From Octopus sinensis (lineage: Eukaryota): a stretch of 64,000 bases of DNA. The stretch is from NCBI RefSeq assembly GCF_006345805.1, contig NC_043001.1, positions 124,062,001 through 124,126,000 on the forward strand. The letters run 5' to 3'. Positions 11,632 to 22,986 of the stretch are shown piece by piece (position 1 is the first letter of the stretch; every line of letters begins with the position of its first letter). The notes under the pieces were generated by a model. That model did no database searches and was not told where the DNA came from. It saw only the letters and a program-made list of their open reading frames with translations. Both the position numbers and the translations under genes were made by a program.

Positions 11632-13968
11632 GTTAATAAAATAGAATATATGCATATATATAAACATATATGTACGTACCTACCTCTACATGTACATATA
11701 CACGCATATATGTGTACAGGACACCAAAAAGACGTCGAACACATAGAGAGACGAAACACATAGACACAAACCAAGGAACAAGACAAGCAAAAAAAAAAAA
11801 AAAGGGAGAGATACAGGACAATAAGCACAACGAAAAATCCCCTTCTTCAGTCGCTAAGATTTCATCTACTAAACGTTTCGAAGGATAAAAGCGAGACGTA
11901 TACTTCGAAGAAAAATTCCTTCCCGCGAAAAGCAAATCAATTAAAATTCTGAGATCTTTTCGCAGAGGGGTAAAAAAAGCAAGACGGTAACGACAGTACA
12001 AACATATAAACAGTAAAAAATATATATATAAACAGTGGAAAAATAAATATATAACAGTGAGAGACAGGACAAGGAGAACAAGATAAGAAGGGCTGTTAAC
12101 GCCAGACGAAAAAAGTATTGCAAACGCTGGATTATCGTGGAAGACAGAGAGGGAAAATTTTGTCGACCAGAAGCCTTACAAGGCGGGCGAGAAAGGACAG
12201 GAAACAGTTACGACGGAAGTATCGTCGCAGATGGATGACGGGAATGGGGGAGGAGGAGCAAGAGGAAGAGAGAGAATAAGGGGAATGGTGCGAGGAGACC
12301 ATGAAGAATGGTGAAAGGGAGAGAGAGAATGAAGAATGAGAGAGAGAGGAAGAGACAAGTTAAGTGAGGGAAAAAAAGGCGAAAAAGGGAATGGGAGAGA
12401 AAGAAAGAAAGATGCAGAGTCGCGTGAGAGTTAATATCAAGGCTAACTTGATAAACAGAACAATCTTACTTAGTAGGGTGCGTGCGTTTAGTCGTATAAT
12501 ATGTTAATAAAATAGAATATATGCATATATATAAACATATATGTACGTACCTACCTCTACATGTACATATACACGCATATATGTGTACAGGACACCAAAA
12601 AGACGTCGAACACATAGAGAGACGAAACACATAGACACAAACCAAGGAACAAGACAAGCAAAAAAAAAAAAAAGGGAGAGATACAGGACAATAAGCACAA
12701 CGAAAAATCCCCTTCTTCAGTCGCTAAGATTTCATCTACTAAACGTTTCGAAGGATAAAAGCGAGACGTATACTTCGAAGAAAAATTCCTTCCCGCGAAA
12801 AGCAAATCAATTAAAATTCTGAGATCTTTTCGCAGAGGGGTAAAAAAAGCAAGACGGTAACGACAGTACAACATATAAACAGTAAAAAATATATATATAA
12901 ACAGTGGAAAAATAAATATATAACAGTGAGAGACAGGACAAGGAGAACAAGATAAGAAGGGCTGTTAACGCCAGACGAAAAAAGTATTGCAAACGCTGGA
13001 TTATCGTGGAAGACAGAGAGGGAAAATTTTGTCGACCAGAAGCCTTACAAGGCGGGCGAGAAAGGACAGGAAACAGTTACGACGGAAGTATCGTCGCAGA
13101 TGGATGACGGGAATGGGGGAGGAGGAGCAAGAGGAAGAGAGAGAATAAGGGGAATGGTGCGAGGAGACCATGAAGAATGGTGAAAGGGAGAGAGAGAATG
13201 AAGAATGAGAGAGAGAGAAGAGACAAGTTAAGTGAGGGAAAAAAAGGCGAAAAAGGGAATGGGAGAGAAAGAAAGAAAGATGCAGAGTCGCGTGAGAGTT
13301 AATATCAAGGCTAACTTGATAAACAGAACAATCTTACTTAGTAGGGTGCGTGCGTTTAGTCGTATAATATGTTAATAAAATAGAATATATGCATATATAT
13401 AAACATATATGTACGTACCTACCTCTACATGTACATATACACGCATATATGTGTACAGGACACCAAAAAGACGTCGAACACATAGAGAGACGAAACACAT
13501 AGACACAAACCAAGGAACAAGACAAGCAAAAAAAAAAAAGGGAGAGATACAGGACAATAAGCACAACGAAAAATCCCCTTCTTCAGTCGCTAAGATTTCA
13601 TCTACTAAACGTTTCGAAGGATAAAAGCGAGACGTATACTTCGAAGAAAAATTCCTTCCCGCGAAAAGCAAATCAATTAAAATTCTGAGATCTTTTCGCA
13701 GAGGGGTAAAAAAAGCAAGACGGTAACGACAGTACAAACATATAAACAGTAAAAAATATATATATAAACAGTGGAAAAATAAATATATAACAGTGAGAGA
13801 CAGGACAAGGAGAACAAGATAAGAAGGGCTGTTAACGCCAGACGAAAAAAGTATTGCAAACGCTGGATTATCGTGGAAGACAGAGAGGGAAAATTTTGTC
13901 GACTAGAAGCCTTACAAGGCGGGCGAGAAAGGACAGGAAACAGTTACGACGGAAGTATCGTCGCAGAT
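11632..13968 (-). repeat. Tandem array of ~870-bp non-coding unit, 2.7 copies
   Basis: Unit starts (GTTAATAAAATAG) at 11632, 12503 and 13371. Copies differ mostly in homopolymer length. Strand is inferred. Confidence 0.95.
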
Positions 13969-14150
13969 ATATATATGCGTGTGTATGTTTGTGTGTCTGT
14001 GTTTTTCCCTCTAGCATTGATTGACAACCAATGCTGGTGTGTTTATGTCCCCGTTACTTAAGTCCCGGAGTCGAGTTGCTCGATTAAAGGCGGTGCTCCA
14101 GCATGGCTGCAGTCAAATGACTGAAGCAAGTAAAAGAGTAAAAGAGTAAG
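13969..14150 (+). mobile_element. SINE family C, 3' half (partner of 11386)
   Basis: TTTGTGTGTCTGTGTTT...GACAACCAATGCTGGTGTG...GGCGGTGCTCCAGCATGGCTGCAGTCAAATGACTGAA. Confidence 0.85.
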
Positions 14151-14155
14151 AGAGA

Positions 14156-14195
<40 letters not shown>

Positions 14196-14596
14196 GAAAT
14201 TTACAGAAAAACAAAAGACGAAGACAGCTGAAAGTCTATTGCGTTTCGACGATCCTGAACATATAGGAATAAGAGAAAATAAACAGAGGGAATATAAAAA
14301 AGAGCCGACATGCCGATCTAACCACGTATATATCGAAACGTTTCCAGCAATTTCTTCATAATTTGTATCGCTTTAAGCCAGGAAGATTTATGTAATGGAT
14401 GCATTTCCTATGATATATTACGCAAACCTGAAACGTGCTTATTAAGTTATTTCAAAATATCACTAGCTAGTTTTACTTCATTATTTCAATATTACCGAGC
14501 ACCATATTAATACATTGCTTGTGCTTCATGCTCACGTTTGTTTCTTTTTTCCTTTTCTTCTTTTTTCTCTAGTTTTTGTATTGATTATTCTATGTC

Positions 14597-15639
14597 TGAT
14601 CAGTAAATATCCGGACTGTTGTCATAGTAATGAAACTAAAGGCTTCATCGTAAATCTGCGTGATACTGAATGACCTTCAACACTTCTGTGCAAGCTCATT
14701 GCGTTTTAACGTTCTGATTCACATCCTCTGTTTACAGTTGTGCTCGGATAGTACGTGTGTAGCGTGTCCATCGTGGCATCGATCATGACAAAGGAGGTTA
14801 TGATGGCGATACCAGCTCAGGAACCGATGCAATGTTGCAGTAAGCGTATGGAGATGAATGTAAGCGCTGCACACAAGTGTACGAGTGGTTGAGACGTTTT
14901 CAAGATGGCCGAAAAAATGTCGATATTGACGAACGTTCTAGGAGACTCGCAACCAGCAGATTTGAGAAAAATATCGCAGATGTGCGTGCAGCTGTGAGAG
15001 GAAATCGTCGAATCTCCATCTTTGATTTATCAGAGGATGTGCAGTTTAAACAACCTAGCTTTTTCATCAATAATGATAATCACGGAATCGTTTGTGCTAG
15101 TTGTTAACTGTCATGTATGAAATAAAATTAATATGAACAGCTGCAATATAAAACAGAGACTTTCATAATAGAATAACGCTGTATAAATTATTCGTTGCAC
15201 TTTTGTACAAGAGATCCCCATTTTAAGAACATCTGCCAAGTATGTGCCAAGTATGTGCCAAGTATGTGCCAAGTATGTGCCAAGTATGTGCCGAATTTGC
15301 TTTCAGCTGCCCAAAAAGTCGCTCTGGGTTCAGTTGCACAAGATCTCTTTGATTGCGTCGAGAACGATGAAAACCTTTCGAAAAGTTTACATAGGTCTCT
15401 GAGCAGGTATCACCAAGTTTTCGGCAAACCTTTATGCTGATATAGTGCTCAACTTTGTCATGGTCAGCGCGACGATCACATGCTACACACGTTCCTTCAA
15501 AGCACTGCGGTAAACATCGGAAGTGAGCTATAATGTTAAAACTTAGTACGCATGCACATCAGAGTACACAGCCAAGCGTGTTTACTCTGCGTACTTTAGC
15601 TTCGTTTCTATGGCAACAGTCCAGATACTTATTGATCAG
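14597..15639 (+). mobile_element. Internally deleted mariner with both TIRs
   Basis: Imperfect ~45-bp TIRs at 14597-14642 and 15595-15639. Transposase pieces YEWLRRFQDGRKNVDIDERS...VRAAVRGNRRISIFDL and CAKYVPNLL...VAQDLFDCVENDEN. Confidence 0.85.
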
Positions 15640-16371
15640 AATATATATATATTAATAATTAATATATGCTGAAGATTTGTGAGGTAGCCGAAATAAAGTT
15701 GTGTTGCAATTGTTACCATAAAACTTAGACAAACTTTTTGCGATTGAAGTAACATCAGATTGCATGTAAAACTAGTTCACTCTTGCATCGCCAAGAATAA
15801 ACGTGTTCCCGTTGTCTTCTCACCTGAAGTGCAACACCCTTTCAAAAGCTGATTTTCTCCCTCACTGCATCAACTAGATTACGTGATAGTCCGACATCTC
15901 AACAAACTAGCCGACTCGTTAGAACATGGGTAATTACCTTGCAGTCGTTTGTATCGGGTCTCTGCAATCTATGTTCAAATGTCACTAAGGTCAAATCTGG
16001 CGTTTCATTTCTTTGGAGTTGATCAAAAAATTTACTATTCAAGGGCGATGGATTGGTAAAGGTGCAGGATCGTCATACGCAATACTTAATAATACTTGTT
16101 TCAGTTCTTGACGTTTAGAGTTCTTGGATAACAGATTTAATAAGCGGGTAATTAAACACCAAACCAGCATTTTGCAATGACATGCGGTGTCTTAGGCCCA
16201 GTTCATTCTATTTTACGTATTTGTACCATCTCTCCTGTTTGAGCATAACATTCTCCCATAATCCTGCCAGTCTTTGGATCCATAAATAGCAAATCGTAGG
16301 CGCTGTTCCTCCAGCTTTGATTAAACTGCTAAAAACCAAAATCTCCTTTTGTATTATGTAAATTAGATGGA

Positions 16372-16759
16372 TGGAAGCACTCCGTCGGTTACGAGGATGC
16401 GGGTTCCGGTTGATCCGAATCAACGGAACAGCCTGCTCGTGAAATTAACGTGTAAGTGGCTGAGCACTCCACATACACGTGCACCCTTAACGTAGTTCTC
16501 GGGGATATTCAGCGTGACACAGAGAGTGACAAGACCGGCCCCTTGAAATACAGGTACAACAGAAACAGGAAGTAAGAGTGAGAGAAAGTTGTGATGAAAG
16601 AGTACAGCAGGGATCACCACCATCCCCTGCCGGAGCCTCGTGGAGCTTTTTTAGGTGTTTTCGCTCAATAAACACTCACAACGCCCGGTCTGGGAATCGA
16701 AACCGCGATCCTACGACCGCGAGTCCGCTGCCCTAACCACTGGGCCATTGCGCCTCCAC
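16372..16759 (-). mobile_element. tRNA-Arg(TCG)-like SINE, family B, full length with 13-bp TSD
   Basis: Near-identical to 49881-50263. TSD ATGTAAATTAGAT at 16356-16368 and 16760-16772. Possibly one of the described octopus OR families (name not verified). Confidence 0.92.
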
Positions 16760-16928
16760 ATGTAAATTAGATAAACACTTGTTAAAGACGATCACACTGA
16801 TCTTCATTCCAACAACATTACGCATAAGTGATTCAATTGCGCATGTAAGGGGTTGAATTTTTGCTGAACGGTTCGGTAGGGAAAAAGCGGTACACTGACG
16901 TAATTGAAGAGGTAGAAGAGACTGAAAA

Positions 16929-17117
16929 GATGTTCTTAAAATGGGGATCTCTTGTACAAAAGTGCAACGAATAATTTATACAGCGTTATTCTATTATGAA
17001 AGTCTCTGTTTTATATTGCAGCTGTTCATATTTATTTTCTTTCATACATGACATTTAACAACTAGCTCAAACGATTCCGTGATTATCGTTATTGATGAAA
17101 AAGCTAGGTTGTTTAAA
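16929..17117. repeat. Inverted 189-bp partner of 15045-15233
   Basis: Reverse complement matches 15045-15233 with 5 mismatches by my count. Confidence 0.92.
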
Positions 17118-18266
17118 TTTGTTTTAGTATTATTTATCTCCAATTCAATTTCATCAACATTTATAATAAGCACAAATATTTCAGAACAGTCGTTCCAAAC
17201 TTTGCATACCTGTCTTTCTGTGCTGCAAGATAATAGTTGAGTGGCTGCGGCTAAGAGAATATAACTACAAGTAGGAGAACGTGATGTTAACACCATCGCC
17301 TCTATTATGTTTTCTTGTACTTGTTGTTGTTTATACATCATTAACATCGCTTGTCACAATGAAATTAACTACATTTTAAAACTAATTCTGTTCTAAGAAG
17401 TATATCTTGAGCTTTATTGTTCCACTATATGTGGTTTAAATTTTTAGAATAATTATTAGAAGTTATGAAAATTTTACTTTCTCATTATCAAATGTGATAC
17501 TAGTGTCGTGGAGAAGGTGCGAAAATTAATCAAACATTTTGCAATAGTGTGTGTATAGACGTTGATTTCTTTTTTATCACACACGTTAATTTTATAAATA
17601 AAAGAAGAAAGTGATGTACTAGTAATGTTAACTCCATTGCCTCTATTACGTTTCCTTGCTTTTGCTGTTGTTTATGAACGTTTAGCATGACAACCGGTAG
17701 ATTATCTTTTGGTTACCCCTTCAATGTATTATTTACATGCTACCAAATATATGGCCATCTACGAAAATGAAGGAATATTGTAAATTTAAATGTACTTTTG
17801 AGATTAATATATTTTTTTTGATACACCTTCAGAATAATTACATCAGGAACTAAAGTGTATACAATGTCATCATACATTACATATGTGGTTGTTTAGACAT
17901 GTCTGAATTAATTCACTGTCTACTCACAAATATCTGGATGGATTTAATTATTAATTTCAGCTGGCTGGAAACAGTTACAAATTCCATCAACTGTCAAATC
18001 CGAACATTGGTGAGTGAGAACATATGTATGATAAAAGCCATTAACTCGCTGTAATGATCTTTTCTAAATTTGTAATTTTTTTTAAATATTATGAACTTAA
18101 ACTTGGTAATAATTCAATTTGAAATTTGCCTTACACAACACATTTAGTTTGTAAGAAAATCATTAAATACAGCTGCGTATAGAAATTATGCACCCCCACT
18201 ACACTCACTACACATACGCACGTGCACACGCACATACATACACAAACATGTATTCGTCCGTGTATA

Positions 18267-18341
<75 letters not shown>

Positions 18342-18351
18342 CATATATATG

Positions 18352-18386
<35 letters not shown>

Positions 18387-18435
18387 GTATGTACATACGT
18401 ATGTCAGGATATATATATTTATATGTATATATATA

Positions 18436-18473
<38 letters not shown>

Positions 18474-18479
18474 ACACAC

Positions 18480-18511
<32 letters not shown>

Positions 18512-20308
18512 CCAGATATGGCTGTGCACTTAGATGGTACTTCAAAATTATTAGGAATATATTCTAACACTAATCAAATAGATTAATGGGAGGCGGGGTA
18601 TACTTGACTAGTACCAAAACATTAAAAACGGAATTAAAAGCGAAATGACAATATTCCACTGTATCAAATTATGCAATTATTTTAATAATATTTGTTGTTT
18701 TAATGATTAAGCGAATTATTTAGTACGTTATATTTGGCAAAATAAACTGTGTGATTTCACTAATTTTAACGAATATCGTATCTTATTTGAGGTGCATCAC
18801 TCTATATCGCTTTGATGTTGCTATACGTAGATTTCAGTTAAAGAAATGAGGTAAGAGTAAACGTTCGACAAATAGCCAGAAATTAAAGACATTTTCATCA
18901 TTTGATGAAAAATTTTATAAAATGATATGAAGTTTCTTAGGACCAATAGTACAGTTACGGTTTTATGATTGTTCTATGAACACCAACAAAAGATACGATG
19001 ACCATCTAAAAAATTATAAAAGACATAAAGAGAATTCTAATTCGAAATTAGATGTTTGAAGTAGTTAGTATGTTGTGGCTTATATGCTAGTAGGAAGCCG
19101 TTATGACGAGGCGTGTCATGGGAATTTTTGACTTGTGTAGGATACTTATTCTTCAGCCACAGCTGATTTCGTTCAAACAGAGACAGAGATAGGAAGAGGG
19201 GAAAACAGACTGAGGAGAAACAACCCAAGTATAGGAACAGTCCTATGAATACTAAAATGATGAAAAGCGAAGTTAACTTCAGCAATTTTTGAACACAGTT
19301 CGCCGGAAAAGTAGCTCTGAACAACTTACCTAAAGTTCCGAAGACTCAGTGAATTCGACGCATAAGATGGTAGCAAATAATCAACGAAATATTCGCGTGT
19401 TGGTAACTTAGACACTAGCAGATACTAAAATAAAAGGCAGTCAATCACCTATCAACAATATAAACAGTAACACAACTTTGCTGCCACTAGAACCATGTGG
19501 AAGGACAATGTATTCCTTTTTTTTGAGATATTGATTATCAATTTAATTCATTTGTACCACCTTGCTTTTAAATATTGCAAAAATGTTATGATATTACACC
19601 ACACGAACATAACAACTTTTGTAAACATGAGAGGAACCAGAATAACATTTTGTGAAAGATATATTCCGATAACCTTGTTGATTTAGATACACCCAGTCAG
19701 AAACATTCTATAACCTAGTTGAATTATGAGAAAAAGATGTTTAAAAGTAGTAAAAGCAAAGAAAGACAAAATATTTAAAATTCCTTAGGAAAACTTGAAT
19801 GAAAAAGGAATAATATTTTTGGCCAGTTTACCAGGATTTTCTTTTTTTTTTTTATAGAAGACATTTTCCATATTATCTGTATAATTTCTATCATATTTTA
19901 TTTTCCTTTCGGTTTTTAAGAACTCAAAAATAATTTTAGAAATTTCGGAATATAAAATTTGCTCAACGTATATTTTTCCATGTTTCCTACATACTTTTTC
20001 TCTATAATTGGAATAGATACACACATAAATACTGTGGCAGTAAATCTTCATAAATCCAAGTTGAAATTTCTGGTTCTTTCAACTTCTCCCTAATGTTTTC
20101 TTAACGTTCATCATTCACTATGTTTCCATATCGAAAGCTTTGAAGAAAAGAATAAAGACCGTTGATTTTGCTAGTGCAACGAAACTAGGATTGGTTCTTT
20201 GGGAATTAAGCCAAAATATTTAGCTTCTCATTTCGAGATGAAACGAGGATATCTGACATTTACAAGGACATATCATCATTAGATATGAGAAGGTACATAC
20301 GCATTTAC

Positions 20309-20341
<33 letters not shown>

Positions 20342-20347
20342 CGCATA

Positions 20348-20522
20348 TTAGCAGAGGAATCCGGCAATGCCCGGATATGAAATTGTTCCGTACATATTGG
20401 AAGAAAACAAAAATAATGTTCTATAGAAATTTGTTATTCCAAATTCAACTTATTCTTCAATTTGGATAAAATTCATTCTTCGAATAGGAAATCAATTCTG
20501 AATTCATAATCCAATAATAATA

Positions 20523-20574
<52 letters not shown>

Positions 20575-20575
20575 C

Positions 20576-20662
<87 letters not shown>

Positions 20663-21093
20663 CTGAGCAAGTATAAAGATCTTGAAATAGAAATTGGCAA
20701 AATGTGGAAACTAAAGGCTAAAACAATATTGTATTCTTAGGTGCCCTAAGAATGATAGCAAAAGGGGCTGGTTGCTACATACCTCAGATACCAGGAAACC
20801 CCAAAGTGGCAGAATTTTTTTTAAAAAGTGGTCACGGGAACTGCCCATGTCCTACGTAAAATACTGTCTATATAATCTCAAATTTTAAAACAAACTCATA
20901 ATTTTCTTGTTTTCGTAAACATTCTCTAGAATAATACTATGTACAAAACCAAATATATGACACCTTAGGCATAACACCAACATGAACTTCTAACTTGTTG
21001 CCTCTTGAGGTCACTGGGTGAGACTTGGAGCCAACTTGTACAAATACAAAGCAAAAGTCAAAACATAAAATTAATAATAATAATAATAATAAT

Positions 21094-21191
<98 letters not shown>

Positions 21192-22335
21192 CGAAAATAC
21201 AAAATTTACCATTTTTATGAAGGGGCTTTTATGGAGGAGCTTCTGGGTAAACATTATTTTCTGGTTTGGAGCATAGAGAAATAAGTCTTGAAAACTGCCA
21301 TCCCTGGAGCAACCAACATTAAGTGGACGATGAGAAAAGCAGGGCTCAATTAAGTGCAAGCCAGAAGATTTAAAAGTCTCACCTTGATCTATATTAATAG
21401 ATATTGTGAAGCAAATTTGCACTGGGAATTGTTTTCGTTTGAAACCAAATGGCATGTGTGTTTGGTTGATTGGAATTCTTGGAATGAAAACCTTTTCCTC
21501 AGCGGATTATCCAGTGATGATGATAGCTTCTATTAGATTGTGGAGGAGTTCCAGGAGGCTCAAGAGATTTAAGGGACTCTGTTGTATAATGGACAGCTTG
21601 ACTTTCATCAGGGACTGAACTGATTTTTACACCTTAATGACTGTTGGAACATTATTCATTAACTGATAGTTAATACTTGCTATTTTCTCATTTTTTTTAG
21701 CAAGAATAGCCCTCTTACACAACCATTTATGTGAACTATAATTATTACTTAAGTCTGGAAATACACTATACCCTGTTCTTCTATTCAGCTGGGAAATTCA
21801 CCATTATAGAAATATGAGCCAAATTGATATGACCATTCCCATGAAATGGTACTTTCCCATTTCCTAAGTAGAGGAGCCTGCTTGAAAACTGTACTGCACG
21901 TTAGTCCCTATGTAATAAAGCTCGCGGTTTAGTATTGAAGGAGAATTATTCCATAGGTGTGAAGTCTTAAAGCATGCTTTTATTTTATCAGATTCTGTTC
22001 GTCTCGGAATGACTGGTTATCTCTGACTGAAGTCTCCTGTGAAACCTAATGTAATTTCTCCCATAAATTTATTGTTGCCTCTTATGTCCTGAAAGGTCTT
22101 ATCAAGAGCTCTATTGCACCTCTATGTGACATGGTGAATGCATCCCAAATAATCAGGTGGCATTTGCGCAACACTTCTGCTGAGACTGAACCTTTGCTTA
22201 TGTTACAAATTTGACTTTCAGGTTTAGCGGTAATTTAAAATCAGAATGACCTGTTCGTCCTCCTGGGAGAACGGTGGCAGCAATATCAGACGATGCTACA
22301 GCAACTGAAATTCTATTTTGTTGCCTTACCTTGGA
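20348..22335 (-). mobile_element. Helitron remnant: PIF1-like helicase C-terminus and 3' terminus
   Basis: Minus-strand translations VAVASSDIAATVLPGGRTGHSDFKLPL, LIIWDAFTMSHRGA, GDFRQ-like, PFGFKRKQFPVQICFTISIN, PCFSH..LNVGCSR. 3' hairpin ATCCGG..CCGGAT (20359-20376), then 7 nt, CTAA, and target T. Confidence 0.85.
20660..21075 (+). mobile_element. R4/Dong LINE 3' fragment in (AAT)n, nested in the Helitron
   Basis: KLSKYKDLEIEIGKMW...GTAHVLRKILS* then 3' UTR; (AAT)n on both sides. Confidence 0.85.
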
Positions 22336-22412
22336 GAGAAGCCTTTGCTACATCATTACCTAAAGTTGACATTGAGAAACCTCTTGAAAGAGGTGAATCA
22401 TATATATATATA

Positions 22413-22475
<63 letters not shown>

Positions 22476-22600
22476 CAATATTATGTACTTTTAATAAAAA
22501 AGTTGACCCTATTATGTATAAAAGGTCAGGTTATTCATGTACACCAAATATTAAAGCAATTGGCATAGCCATTTTCGCGTGAAAAGCGAATACACACAAT

Positions 22601-22659
<59 letters not shown>

Positions 22660-22664
22660 GGTCT

Positions 22665-22696
<32 letters not shown>

Positions 22697-22699
<3 letters not shown>

Positions 22700-22924
22700 G
22701 GAATTCACGAAAGAACGAAAGACGAAGACAGGTGGTGTAGAAAACAAACAGATATATTAGTATAACGCTCAGGAATTGAAAAAGTCTTTTACGTTTCGAG
22801 CCTACGCTCTTCTACAGATAGGAGCACAGCAAGAACCGAGATAAAAAAATGTGTGTTGTGGCTACCGATCTATCATGGCGACTGCCGGACAGAAGGGTCA
22901 CACAGGAGAGCGAAGAAGTAGGGG
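22697..22924 (-). mobile_element. Short TA-flanked element with decayed hammerhead-like motif
   Basis: Minus strand 22817-22790 reads CTGTAGA-A-GAGC-GTAG-GCTC-GAAA-CGT-A. Homologous to the 46213 unit, but stem I is disrupted. Confidence 0.6.
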
Positions 22925-22926
22925 AT

Positions 22927-22986
<60 letters not shown>

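Noticed and set aside
15750-16050. Possible L1-like RT scrap (NDCKVITHVLTSRL) on minus strand
   Set aside because: Only one short motif; too weak to call.
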